Origin: Mobula hypostoma
Taxonomy: Eukaryota
DNA length: 64,000 bases
Reading direction: 5' to 3'
Assembly (NCBI RefSeq): GCF_963921235.1
Contig: NC_086097.1
Coordinates: 12,586,001-12,650,000, forward strand
Both the position numbers and the translations under genes were made by a program. The notes below the pieces were generated by a model. The model saw only the letters and a program-made list of their open reading frames with translations. It was not told the origin of the DNA and ran no database searches. Shown here in pieces: positions 35,790-48,715 of this stretch (its first letter is position 1; every line of letters starts with the position of its first letter).

Positions 35790-36070
35790 TTCCCACAACC
35801 TATGGACTCACTTTCAAGGACTCTTCATCTCATGCTCTTGATATTTACTGCTTACTTACTTATTATTATTATTATTTATTTTATTTCTTTCTTTTTGTAT
35901 TTGCAAAGTGTGTTGGCTTTTTCACATTGGTTGCCTGTTCTATTGGCTATGGTCTTTCGCTGATTCTATTGTGTTATTGTATTTACTGTGAATGTCCGCA
36001 AGAAAATGAATCTCAGAGTTGTATATGGTGACAGATATGTACTTTGATAATAAATTTACTTTGAACTTTG
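35790..36070 (+). mobile_element. Rex1-type 3' UTR fragment
   Basis: Ends AATAAATTTACTTTGAACTTTG, as do several other copies in the window. Confidence 0.6.
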
Positions 36071-36465
36071 GAAATCCTGAGCAATGTCTCATGATTAGCA
36101 AAATGAGGTATTTTAAAGGTTTAATTTATACTTTGTATTAGTACAGTTCAAACATATTCATTACACAAAATAACTCATGAGCAAAGCACTCTAAATTATA
36201 CTTCTTGCAAACCTACTGACACTGAAGAGAGCCTAGGAAGGATTATTAATGCTGGGCTAAAATGGCGGATAATATTGAATCGTTGTTGTCTCGAGCATTG
36301 CATTAAAGATGGCCACCAGTCACTGGAGAAGGGTTGAACCCCATGAAAAGGAATAAGAAAGCATATCTCCAGTTTTCAGAAGTAACCTGCAAATTCCGCA
36401 AACACTTACAGGAAACAGAATATATAGATTGTTTTCTTTCGCTTCTTTGAAAGAGACAGGCTTAC

Positions 36466-36514
36466 TTTTGTCTGACCTATATATGTTGCTTTTCAGACTT
36501 TTGCAGAAGTAAAC
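36466..36514 (-). CDS. Candidate 49-nt host exon
   Basis: Acceptor ttctttacgtaatttctttcAG, donor AAA|GTAAGC; one open frame, VYFCKSLKSNIYRSDK. Confidence 0.35.
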
Positions 36515-36711
36515 CTGAAAGAAATTACGTAAAGAATCACACAACAGACGTGTGTTCCATGTTGAATGCTTAAGAGAAAAACATTGTTTTTTTTCTAACT
36601 TTTTTGAAAGGCCACAATTCTCGACAATAAAACCGCTGTCTACGTTATTCTGTCGCGAGCTAGCCACGTGCGGTTAGTTTCACATATCACTGAGTTGGGC
36701 CACTCTGAGGA

Positions 36712-36725
36712 GGACTAGATGGCGC
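36712..36725 (+). promoter_or_regulatory. CTCF-like motif
   Basis: GGACTAGATGGCGC, 12/14 match to CCACTAGATGGCGC, in a CpG-retaining unique patch. Confidence 0.4.
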
Positions 36726-37049
36726 AGCAACCTAAGAAATTTCCAGACTGGTGCGTCTTTTTATGGCTTATGTTAAATCCAGATACACGGTTTCTCTCTC
36801 TCAAATCTGCTTAAACTTCAATGATAATCAAAAGAGTCTCTCATCCAGGAAGACCTTGATGACAAGGGTTGGGACAAGGCAAATTTATGCTCTTTCTAAC
36901 TAGTTCAACTGATCAAGAAAAATATTGTGTAAATGTTATTGTCAGTAATGTTGCCCTGGCAAGATTTCCTAGATTCCAGTTGTTGACATAAGTTTTAATT
37001 TGGAATAAACCCCCAGAATACTTAAAGCATTTATGAAATGAAATCACCA

Positions 37050-37520
37050 AAATACACTCTTCTGAACACAACATTCTCCAACAAATTCAGCAAAACTAAC
37101 CAGCAAGTTCCCAAAAATACTGCAACAAACTTAAATTTATCAGCAAACTTCCAAAAAGAAACCAGCAAAAATCATAAATTAGCAAAATCATCAAAATTTA
37201 TTGTTCACCAAAATATTCCACTAAATTCAGCAACAAGATGTCACCAATGTAACTGACCAACTTGATAAACTAAACTAGCAAATTCACTGAACTATATTAG
37301 TCATTTTCCAAAAACTCGCAGTGAGCTCATAGAGATTAACCAGCAAAATTATCAAAATAGCCCGTAAAACTTGCTAAAACCACCCATTTGAATTATTAAC
37401 AGCCCCAGCAAATTACCTGAAAGCTGCAGCAAACAATGAAAAAAATCCTAACACTATTTACTTAAAAAGTCCTGTAAATACTGCAGCAGAATTAACAAAA
37501 TATGCCACAAAGTCAACAGC
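37050..37520. repeat. Degenerate A/C-rich low-complexity array with recurrent CAGCAAA
   Basis: About ten (C/T)AGCAA units at irregular spacing; strong strand asymmetry. Confidence 0.55.
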
Positions 37521-39339
37521 TACCGCTGTGTTCGAAAACTACAAAGAGAAGCCAAGAAGTCAATGAAAAAATAAACCATTAATTTAAATCAAACTATTGA
37601 GTGAACTTGATGAAATAAAATTGTTCTTGACTATTTCAGATGAGAATTGGAGGTTTACTTCACAGAACATTCATTTTCAAATTGCAATGTTATCTGAAGG
37701 ATTTCAAGGTATTTCAGAATCAGAATCAGTTTATTGCCAGCATGTGAAACATACCAGAATTGATTGTGGTTCGGTTCCAAGCATAAGACAGAGGACAATA
37801 CCGTATCTGACAGCACTTAACGAACAATTCATAAGACAATAGCACAAACAGTCATGAACAATCAACAATTAGTACAAACATCAATAATGCAAGTTAAATA
37901 AATGTGGAACGGACTCAATAATTATCAACAGAACAAGGAGAACAGGAAAAAACATTTAACAGATGTTGTGCAGGGACAGTTAGATTATTACACCTGAGTG
38001 TGATTTGTTTAGAAGCTGGATTGCCACAGGAAAGAAGTTTCAGAGATGATATGCAGTTCTAATGGTGATACACAAATAGTAGTATTTATTAATGCCTTGA
38101 GAAACATTGGTCAGAGAGTCTTGAACAAAGGTATTGACAGTCGGATAGGGGGCAGAGCAGTAGAAACTCAACATTTAAGACTGTAACGCTGCAACCCAGC
38201 AGAAGATTGCCATCACTTTTCTACAGAGTATTGTATCCGGAATGTAGAAGATGAGGATGTTTATTTTCTAAGAAAATTATTAAATCGCTTCACAAAACAA
38301 AACAAAACAAATTTAAAAGCACTATATGTAAGACACTGCATTCATGAGCTTGATGACTCAACAGTAGACATTAATGGGAATGATCTAATTACCATTATGG
38401 AAACAGACAAAGGATGATCAAAGCTAAGAACGAGCTACAGACAATAAGGAAAAGAAGGCAAGGATTTTATCAGTATACTAGTTATAAAGAGTTTCAATTC
38501 TATACTAGTTATATAGAATCAGTAATAAGATAGAATTAGAATCAGTTTTGGTGGAGCTAAGAAGTAGTGAAGGCAAAAGAAAAGTCAACAGGATGTTAGC
38601 AAAAGATTCCATGTTGTAGTTGTCATCTAGAGAATGGTATAAATGATGAAATTGGAGAGGCGTGTAATAGTCCTAATACAGCAATCTTGAGAGGAATTTA
38701 ATCAACATACAGACTGCGCAAATCAAACTAGTACTAATGAAGTGGAAGTTAAATTCCTGAAATTTCTGTGAGATAGATGTCTAGATCAATATGTTGAAGG
38801 ATTGTCTAGGGAACAGGTTGTATTAGGCCTTAAAACCATGAGACATAGGACCAGAATTAGGCTATTTGGTCCAATGAGTCTACTCCATCATTCAATCGTG
38901 GCTGATTTATTTTCCCTCTTAACCCCGTTCTCCTGCTTTCTCCCGTAATCTTTGAACACACTTAAAAATCCCAGTATCTATCAAACTTTGCTTTAAATAC
39001 AGTATACCAAATGACTGTGGCACCCTTTCAGGCAAACTCCAGAGGAAGGTGGTGAATCTGTACAATTTGTTGGCACAGAAGTGGACAGGCAATGGTTAGT
39101 ACTTAAAGAAATATTGCATGATTTGCATCAAATATTCAAGGAGAAACAGAGAGCAGAAACATTATTGCAAAAAGACTTTGCACAAGGAATTAACTCTCAG
39201 TAAGAGATTTATAAGGTTGCATGAAAAAATCATAAGACCTGAAGATTAGAAATGTTTTCAAATTCAACAAGAGGTAACCAAAAAATTGAGAAAGAAGGGT
39301 AAAATAGAGTATTAGACTGTACTACTGAAAAGCAGACTG

Positions 39340-39780
39340 TCAGCACTCAGAGTGAAGAAGCAACATCCTATATTCTGTCTGGGTACCTTCCAACTTGATG
39401 GCATGAATATCAATTTATCCTTCTGGTAAACAAATTCCCTTCATCCCCTTCCTTTATTCTCCATTTTTATCTTTTACTTCTTCTCACCTGCCTATTACTT
39501 CACCCTGGATTCCCCCCTCTTTCTCTTTCTCCTATGGACTACTATCCTCTCCCATCAGATTCCTCCTTCTCCAGCACTTGCCCTTTCCCACCCACCTGGT
39601 TTCTTTTATTACCTTTCTCCTCTTTCCCTCCACACCCCGCCCCACCTTTTTATTCTGGCATCTTCCCCCTTCCTTCTCAGTCCTGAAGAAAGACTTCAGC
39701 CTGAAATGTTGACAGTCTATTAATTTCCATAGATGCTGCCTGACCTGCTGAGTTCCTCCAGCATTTTGTGTGGCTGCTCT
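39340..39780 (+). mobile_element. Penelope-like 3' fragment with hammerhead motif (39678-39716)
   Basis: GIY-YIG tail relic; CAGTCCTGAAGA..CCTGAAATGTTGAC; terminal motif. Confidence 0.75.
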
Positions 39781-39971
39781 AAGAGCTTCTAGAGGAATGT
39801 GAAAAGAAGTAGACTATGGAAAGCAACTCTGAGTCTTTTACTGAGAGAAACAAAAGAAAATATAACAATGGATTAGGAACTGGCAGGAAAATTGAACAGG
39901 TACTTTGGATTTGTCTTCATAGAAGAAGATGCAGAAATCTTTTAGAAATTCTAGAGAGTGAAGGGTCCTAA

Positions 39972-40540
39972 TCATAGTCATAGTCATACTTTATTGATCC
40001 CAGGGGAAAATTGGTTTTCGTTACAGTTGCACCATAAATTAATAAATAGTAATAAAACCATAAATAGTTAAATAATAATATGTAAATTGTGCCAGGAAAT
40101 AAGTCCAGGACCAGCTTATTGGCTCAGGGTGTCTGACCCTCCAAGGGAGGAGTTGTAAAGTTTGATGGCCACAGGCAGGAAATGACTTCCTATGACGCTC
40201 TGTGTTGCATCTCAGTAGAATGAGTCTCTGGCTGAATGTACTCCTGTGCCCACCCAATACATTATGTAGTGGATGGGAGACATTGTCCAAGATGGCATGC
40301 AACTTAGACAGCATCCTCTTTTCAGACACCACCGTGAGAGAGTCCAGTTCCATCCCCACAATATCACTGGCCTTACGAATGAGTTTGTTGATTCTGTTGG
40401 TATCTGTTACCCTCAGCCTGCTGCCCCAGCACACAACAGCAAACATGATGGCACTGGCCACCACAGACTCGTAGAACTTCCTCAGCATTGTCCGGCAGAT
40501 GTTAGAGGACCTCAGTCTCCTCAGGAAATAGAGACGGCTT
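39972..40540 (-). mobile_element. Rex1/Babar 3' fragment
   Basis: ORF 40039-40488 FYESVVASAIMFAVVCWG..NVSHPLH; (CATAGT)n tail. Confidence 0.85.
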
Positions 40541-41063
40541 GCAACACCATTAGCAATATCAATTTCTGCAGTGGTATCTATTCACTATTATTAATAAAAA
40601 TTAGTTAAATATTTCTGGAGAAATTAATCAGATTGAAAGCTAACACTTCCCATGGATCTCATGATGGGATTCCCAGAATTTTGAATGAGGTGACTATGTA
40701 ATTCCGGCCTTTATTTTGTCAGAACTAGATAAGCTCTTGAATGGTTCTTGCATATCGGACAATAATAAATGTGACTCCACTATTAAAGGATGGAGAAAAA
40801 GTAGGGAACTGCTAACTTGTTAGCCTGATGAGATTATCTATGGACATTCTAGAATCTAGAATGAGTTTATTTTATTTGGGATATATTTGAGTAAATTTGA
40901 TAGAGATGAACTGAAGTGATGAAGAATGGATAAAATAGAAGAGAAACAATGAAGACTAACAATATTTTGATTTCAGAAAACTGGTGAGCATGGTTAGAGC
41001 ACTTGGAATTGTGGTTAATATATTAGTATGGGTTTTGAGTTGATTTGAGTTTAACTGATAGAA

Positions 41064-41447
41064 TCCTGGTGGTGGGGTGGAGATACATCTCTACCAAAGG
41101 ACGTATAAGGCACTCCTCCTCTCCACTAGCCTGCAGGTCACTCTTGGACAAAGTGTGGCAACTGCTTAGTCTCTGATTAGGGTCACATGAAGCCATGGGA
41201 GCAAAAGAAGGATGGTCATATGAGCAGCTGGTGCATATCACAAGTCCTGGTTCTGCAAACACTGAGGCCAGGCAAACAATCTTTGAAATGGATTGAAAAT
41301 GGCTGGGGTCATCTGTGTTATAAAGTCACTGCTTAGAAGAAGGCAAAGACAAACCACTTCTGTAGAAAGATTTGCCAAGATTAATCATGGTCATGGAAAG
41401 ACCATGATCATCTATATCATAGTGTACGGCACATAATGACGATGATG
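41064..41447 (+). mobile_element. RTE-tailed SINE
   Basis: AAGGCAAAGACAAACCACTTC RTE-like 3' motif, (GAT)n tail, flanked by AACTGA repeats. Confidence 0.55.
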
Positions 41448-42159
41448 AACTGAAAGGATACAGAGAGGAAGAATAAATGGGTACTTGTCAGGGTGATAAG
41501 GTGTGACTAGTGGGATACCACAGGGCTTTGTGCTTGAGCACAACCATTTATTCGAACAATTTAGCCGAGGAGATCATACGCAACATTTCCACGTTTGCTA
41601 ATGACATACCACTCAATTTAGAGGACATTAAGAGGTTTCAGGGGAATTTGTCAAACTAAGTAAATGAAAAACAGCATGGCAGAAGGCATGAAAAGTAGAG
41701 AGATGTCAATTGCTTTGGTTGAAAAATCAAATTGATATGAGTTTATTATTGTCACATGCATTGAGATATTGTTAAAAAAAAAGCTGAGTTTTGCGTGCCA
41801 TCCAGAAAGATCGTTCCATTCAGAAGCACATCAATGAGGTAGTGAAAAGAAAATGGAATGCAGAATATAGTTATAGGGAAAGAGCCCTAATTAAAGATGA
41901 ATGAAGCACGAAGACCACAAATAGGTAGATTTCAAGATCATGAGTTCAAGTCTTTGTCTTTTGGTATATGAAAGATGTACTCAAATGTCTGATACCAGTG
42001 AGATAGAAACTGTCCTTGCGGTTTATGTTCTTTAGCCCAACGAGATAGAGGAGAGGGCAGAATGACCCAGATGGGAGGGATCAGTGATTATGTGAGCTAC
42101 ATTTCCAAGGTAGCAAGGTTTAGATAGAGTCAAAGGATAGGAGGCTACTTCTTGTGATG

Positions 42160-43240
42160 GACTGGGCTGCATGGATGGACTCTGTAATTTCCTCGACTTC
42201 CTAACTGGAAGACCACAGTCTGTGCGGATTGGTGATAACATATCCTTTTCATTGACGATCAGTTCTGGCGCACCTCAGGGGTGTGTGCTTAGCCCACTGC
42301 TCTACTCTCTGTATACACACGACAGTGTGACTAGGCATAGCTCAAATACCATCTACAAATTCGGGGACGACACAACCATTGTTGGTAGAATCTCAGGTGG
42401 TGAAGAGAGGGCGTGCAGGAGTGAGATATGCCAACTAGTGGAGTGGTGCCGCAGCAACAACCTGGCATTCAACGTTAATAAGATGAAAGATCTAATTGTG
42501 GACTTCAGGAGGGGTAAGACGAAGGAACACATACCAATCCTCACAGAGGGATCAGAAGTGGAGAGAGTGAACAGCTTCAAGTTCCTGGGTGTTGGGATCT
42601 CTGAGGATCTAACCTGGTCCCAACGTATTGATGTAGTTATAAAGAAGGCAAGACAGCGGTTATACTTTATTAGGAGCTTGAAGCAATTTGGCATGTCAAC
42701 AAATACACTCAAAAACTTCTATAGTTGTACCATGGAGAGCATTCTGACAGGCTGCATCACTGTCTGGTCTGGAGGGGCAACAGCACAGGACTAAAGGAAG
42801 CTGCAGATGGTTGTAAATTTAGTCAGCTCCCTCTTGGGCACTAGTCTACAAAGTCTCAGAAAGGCAGCGTCCATTATTAAAGACCTCCAGCACCCAGGAC
42901 ACACCCTTTTCTCACTGTTACCATCAGGTAGGAGATACAGAAGCTTGAGGGCACACACTCAGCGATTCAGGAACAGCTTCTTCCCCTCTGCCATCCAATT
43001 CCTGAATGGACTTTGAAGCTTTAGATACTACCTCACTTTTTTTTAATATACAGTATTTCCATTTTTGCACATTTTTCAATAATCTATTCAATATACGTAA
43101 TTGATTTACTTGTTTATTTATTATTATGTTTTTTTTCTGCTCTCTCTGCTAGATTATGTATAGCATTGAACTGCTGCTGCTAAGTTGACAAATTTCATGT
43201 CACATGCCGGTGATAATAAACCTGATTCTGATTCTGATTC
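42160..43240 (+). mobile_element. Rex1/Babar LINE, RT C-terminal half plus 3' UTR
   Basis: [32 protein letters not shown]; (CTGATT)n tail. Confidence 0.92.
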
Positions 43241-44059
43241 ATGTGGTCTTAGGCAAAGCAGCCATACCAAGCTCTAATGTATTTGAATAATACGTTTTTT
43301 ATAGCCCACCTGTACAATTGCTGATATTTATTAAATGCTCTGAGATTGGGAAATGTTTGACATTCAAGGGAACCTGGTGTGCTTGCCCAATAATCACTGA
43401 AGGCTAATCAACAAGTGCACCGGGCAATTCAAAATACTAGTGGTATTTTGGTGTTTATTGCAAGAGAAAATTAATACAAAAGTAAGGATATTCTACCACA
43501 GTCATATGATGACATACATAGAATATTCTGTACAATTTTATGACCATAAGATATAGGAGCAGAATTAGGCCATTCGGCCCATCGAGTCTGCTCTGCCATT
43601 TCATCATGGCGGATCCATTTTCCCTCTCAGCCCTAATCTGTGAGAAGAAATTCCACAGAGAATGATGTGGCTACTCAATAATAGTCTACATAGATTGGAT
43701 ATTAAATGAATCAAGAAGTATGGATTCAGGCAGGGCAATGGGTTTGAAGTGGAAGATCAGCTATAATCTTGCCAAAGGTATGAACACCAGCTGCTCAGTG
43801 CCATACTCAGGCTCCTGTTTCTTGTGCTTTTGAAAATCAGAGTGCTGACATTTAAGCATGAACACCAGAACGAGGAGAAAGTTTGATTGGGGATGTGCAC
43901 AAGGCGTTTTGTGACCTTTTAATCTCATTGTATAAACCAGAAGGCTTTTTGATTAATCGGAGCTGCTTCATGCAATGTTTAAACTTTACCAAATAAGCAA
44001 ACTTCATTTAATGAAGTTTAAACTTCATTAGTTTCAATTTCATGGATATGAAGGCCTCC

Positions 44060-46240
44060 CCTTTAAACTAATTTGGCAGGGGGATGAGAAACTGAATGAT
44101 AGAGTTGAGGATGAGGCAGTTCGTATATCAGCAGAGGCAATGTGTAGTGAGACTGTCAGGAAGGACAGGCAGATGGTAGGGCAAAATTGCCATCTGGATT
44201 GAGTTGCATTGTACAAGAGGACAAAATCATAAAGGGTGATGAATATAAGAGTGAAAGCGTTATATTTGAATGCATGTAGTGTACAGAATAAGGTAGATGA
44301 TCTAGTAGTTTGGCAGCTATGATGTTGTGGGCATCCCTGAGTTGTGGCTGAAAGAAGATGATAGTTTGGAGCTTAACATCCAAGGATAGAATTCAAAGGA
44401 CAGGCATTTAGATGTGTGGCTCTTTTGGTAAAAAATGAAATCAAATCTTCAGAAAGAGGAGACATAGGATCAGATGATGTGAATCATTGTTGGTAGGTAA
44501 AAACACCCTGATGGTTGTTATATACAGACCTCAGAACAGTAGCCAGGAAGTAGGTTACAATTTACAATGGAAGGTAGAAACGACATGTAAAACGGGCAAT
44601 GTTATGATAGTCAGGGGAGTTTTAAATATGCAGGTAGATTAGGAAAATCAGACTGTTGCTGATTTTGAATCCCAAGAGAGAATTTGTAGAATGCCTATGA
44701 GATGGCTTTTTAGAGCAGCTTACATTAGGAAAAGGGCTATTCTGGATTGGATGTTGTGTAATAAACTAGATTTGATTAGGGAGATTAAGGTAAAGGGACT
44801 TTTAGGAGGCAGCGATCATAGTGCGATAGAATTCACCCTGCCATTTGAGAGAGAGAAGCCAAAGCTGAATGTATCAGTGTTGCAGAAGAGTAAAGGAAAT
44901 TATAGAGGCAAGACAGAGGAACTGGACAAAGTAGATTGGAAGGAGACTCTAGCAGGGATGTTGGCAAAGCAGCAATAGCTGGAGTTTCTGGGAGCAATTC
45001 AGAAGGCGCATGATAGATACATCCCAAAGAAGAAGTATTCTAAAGGCAACCATGGCTGACAAGGGAAGTCAAAGCCAATATAAAAACAAAAGAGTGGGCA
45101 TATAATAGTGCAAAAATTAGTGGGAAGTTAGAGGATTGGGAAGATTTTAAAAACCAACCAAAGACACTAAAAAAGGCCATAAGGAGAGAAAAGATTAAAT
45201 ATGTAAGCTAGATAATAATGTCAAAGATGATACCAAAAGTTTTTTCAACTATTTAAAGAGTAAAACAGAGGCAAGAGTAGAAACATAATAGAAACATAGA
45301 AAATAGGTGCAGGAGTAGGCCATTCGGCCCTTCAAGCCTGCACCGCCATTCAGTATGACCATGGCTGATCATCCAACTCAGAACCCCGCCCCAGCCTTCC
45401 CTCCATACCCCCTGATCCCCGTAGCCACAAGGGCCATATCTAACTCCCTCTTAAATATAGCCAATGAACTGGCCTCAACTGTTTCCTGTGGCAGAGAATT
45501 CCACAGATTCACCACTCTCTGTGTGAAGAAGTTTTTCCTAATCTCGGTCCTAAAAGGCTTCCCCTTTATCCTCAAACTGTGACCCCTCGTTCTGGACTTC
45601 CCCAACATTGGGAACAATCTTCCTGCATCTAGCCTGTCCAATCCCTTTAGGATTTTATATGTTTCCATAAGATCCTCCCTCAATCTTCTAAATTCCAGAG
45701 AGTATAACCCTAGTCGATCCAGTCTTTCATCATATGAAAGTCCTGCCATCCCAGGAATCAATCTGGTGAACCTTCTTCGTACTCCCTCTATGGCAAGAAT
45801 GTCTTTCCTCAGATTAGGGGACCAAAACTGGATATCAGTCTGCTGGAAAAAGACGCTAGAAAGGGAGATAATGGGGGAGTAGGAACTTGTAAATGAACTG
45901 ATTAAGTATTTGCATCATTCTTCACTGTAGGAGACACAAGCAGTATGCCCAATGTACGAAAGTGTCAGGGGGCAGAAGTGAGTGTCATTGCTATTACTAA
46001 TGAGAAGGTGTTTGGGAAGCTGAAAGGTCTGAAGGTAGATACAATAAGTCAACTGGATTAGATGGACTACAACCTGGGGTTTGGAAAGAGGTAGTTGAAG
46101 AGATTGCGAAGGCATTAGTAATGATATTTTGATCACCAAAGAATGAATTGATCTGGCTTGGTTCTGGAGGACTGGAAAATTGCAAATGTGGTTCCACTTT
46201 TCAAGAAGGGAGAGAGGCAGAAGGAAAGAAATTATAGGCC
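44060..46240 (+). mobile_element. Degenerate CR1 (APE to RT start), interrupted at 45280-45830
   Basis: Homologous to 440-1865; AILDWMLCN and LGGSDH motifs. Confidence 0.8.
45280..45830 (-). mobile_element. Young CR1 3' fragment
   Basis: Open C-terminal ORF 45378-45761; (ATAGAAAC)n tail. Confidence 0.9.
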
Positions 46241-46959
46241 AGTTCAAAATCATCAAACCAAATAACTTTATATCAGTCTTTATTGAAAAAGATTTCTTGC
46301 AAGTTGGACTTTTCAAGATCTTTTTCTCTTTTCCCTATTCATTTCTACAAACACTTGTAGTTGTCCTAAACATAATTGCCTGATTCTAAAATCCAAACCG
46401 GTCACAATTTTTTCCAGTCTAGTCAGAGTCAGCCAACTCATTGTCCAAATGAATACAAACCATTAACAACAGCCAAAATAACACACACAAAGAGACTAGG
46501 CAGGGAAGTAAGCTAGTCTTTGAAGAGTAGGTTGGTACAGTATAACCTCCCTATAGTGAGGGTACTCATAGATATCTATACCTTCTAATCTCCTTTTGAG
46601 CATAGGGTTTTGTGGAAAATACACCCAATAGCAGCACAGTATCAACTCAAAAATTACTTGGCATCTGTTTTTGTTTACAGTAGCATAGGACAAATTATTA
46701 ATGAAATTCAAAAATCTGGAAATACTCAGCAGCTTAGACAGCATCAATGGAGAACGAAGCAAGAAGTTTCAGAATTGGGAAAAGTTAGAAATCAAAGGCA
46801 TTTTAAATTGCAAAGAGAGTGAGATGAGGGAGAGAGCAAAGGAGACCAAGAGAGTCTGAATGGTGGATGATAACTTGTTAATCGCAGCGGATGTGGCGGA
46901 AGGAGGCGAATGAGGACAAAAGTTTTAAATACGCACTGGAAGTGTGAAAAAAACTGTTA

Positions 46960-47215
46960 CTAGGAATCTGAAATCAAAGAACATGTTGGAATATCCAGTA
47001 AGTCAAGCAGCATCTACAGGGAGAGAAAAAAACCTGTATATAAAGTTACTGGAAATTGAAGCGAATGTGGTAATACTCAGCAGGTCAAACAGCATCCGTA
47101 GAGAGATTAAAAAAAGACTTGTACATGCAGTTAGTGACAATCTGAACTCAAAGAGCATATTGGAACACTCAGAAAGTCAAGCAGCATCCATGGAGAGAGA
47201 AAAACAATTGTATGC
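46960..47215 (-). repeat. Three tandem ~88-bp degenerate copies of a Penelope-like terminal motif
   Basis: Units start near 46963, 47051 and 47138, each with ..CAG..GTCAA.CAGCATC..GAGAGA. Confidence 0.6.
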
Positions 47216-48033
47216 TGAGGACAGGAAGCATTGTTGACGATCCTTATCATCCATCCCACAGTCTCTTTGACCCGCTGCAATCATGATGGAGGTACAGGAG
47301 CATCAGAACTAGGACTGCCAGACTGGGTAACAGCTTCTTTACTCACGATGTGCGACTAATGAATGCCCTATCACCACCAAGGTGTCCTCACTGGGACAGC
47401 AAGCTGTTTGCAGTTTTCTGTTTACCACTGCTGTGCACTTACATGCACTTTTTATTATATTTTATCAACTCATTTGTGGTAATATTTTGTTTTATATGCT
47501 GTATGTTTTGTGGCTAAACCATGGTCTGTCTGATGGAACATTGTTTTGTTTAGTTGTATGTGTGTACAGTCAGATGACAATAAACATGAACTTCAACTGT
47601 GCTAACCTTGCAGGTCAATAATCTTACAACAGATTTGCCCAGTTTTGACACAAATTGAAATGTCTGGTTATCTGAACTTAACATCGAGTGCAAGGGGCTG
47701 TGAAGTATTTTATCAGGATACAGATTACTGCTGGTGGTTCCGCCATTAGAATTTGTTGGCATGTAAGGCCAAAGAAAGACTGTCATGTTGTGGAATTAAA
47801 ACCACAGGCACTTTGCGGCTCAGCATGACTGGATAGAGGTGAATCCAGTCTGAACTGGGCTTCTCCAGAGTAGAGAGGGCCACCTCATGAACTTTGCAAC
47901 ACGTCAAATTGCAAGAAATTAATTCTCTGTAACTTTTCTCATGTCTTCATTGTTAAATTTCAGGCAAGCACATTGAAAAAGAACAAAGAAAATAAAAGAT
48001 TGTTAACTGTTCAGATAATTTTACTGTTAAATA

Positions 48034-48715
48034 GGAGGAGAAGAAGACGGCGGCGTGACGCAGTGCGCACGGCCTCTCCAGTGAATGATATCTGTAATCT
48101 GTCAAGTCGGGAACCGTGCACAATTCTGATTTGATGGAGGCAGATGTAAGAGTACGGAAGAACATCTGGAGAAACTTCTGAAATGCCCGCTTCGCTGCCG
48201 CTGCTACTGTGTGGTAACCGGAATCTCCGGAGCAGAAGGATCCGAATCCTCAGCTTTGCTTGTTTCAGCGGCCGGGGCTAGGTTGAAGGCACTCGGCGGA
48301 GGATGGCTTTCGGCAGGCTGTATCGGAAGGGCTGGTCGGAGGCTCAAAGTTTTCAGATGGACGGACTCAGTGTCGGCTGTGGTCGGCTGCTTCCAAGGCA
48401 TTGGCAGTTGTCGGTGCCTAGGAGGTTTATGGCAGGGAGTTTCTCCCTTTTGCCGCCTGCTATCGGGGACTCAAGAGTCGATCGGGACTTGAGACTTTTT
48501 TTAGCGTGCCCATGGTCTGTTCTTTATCAAATTATGGTATTGTTTTGCACTGCTGTAACAAAATGTTATAATTATGTGGTTCTGTCAGTGTTAGTCTTTG
48601 GTTTGTCCTGTTTTCTATGATATCACTCTGGAGGAACATTGTATCATTTCTTAACGTATGTATGCATTTCTAAATGACAATAAAAGAGGACTGACTATTC
48701 TCATAATCTAATCTA
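48034..48715 (+). mobile_element. GC-rich non-autonomous retroelement, copy 2
   Basis: Starts GGAGGAGAAGAAGACGGCGG, ends AATAAAAGAGGACTG..(ATCTA)n. Confidence 0.8.

Larger units (their letters stand above)
38320..43825 (+). mobile_element. Old CR1 ORF2 fragmented by nested insertions
   Basis: APE, linker, RT and 3' pieces in correct order at about 38320-38830, 39070-39335, 39780-39970, 40545-41060, 41450-41720 and 43325-43825. Confidence 0.6.

Noticed and set aside
43999..44019. AAACTTCATTTAATGAAGTTT hairpin
   Set aside because: Short AT-rich inverted repeat with adjacent local duplication; no other support
46960..47215. Repeat-spacer-like periodicity suggesting CRISPR
   Set aside because: Units are diverged along their whole length, derive from PLE ends, no cas genes are present, and the context is eukaryotic
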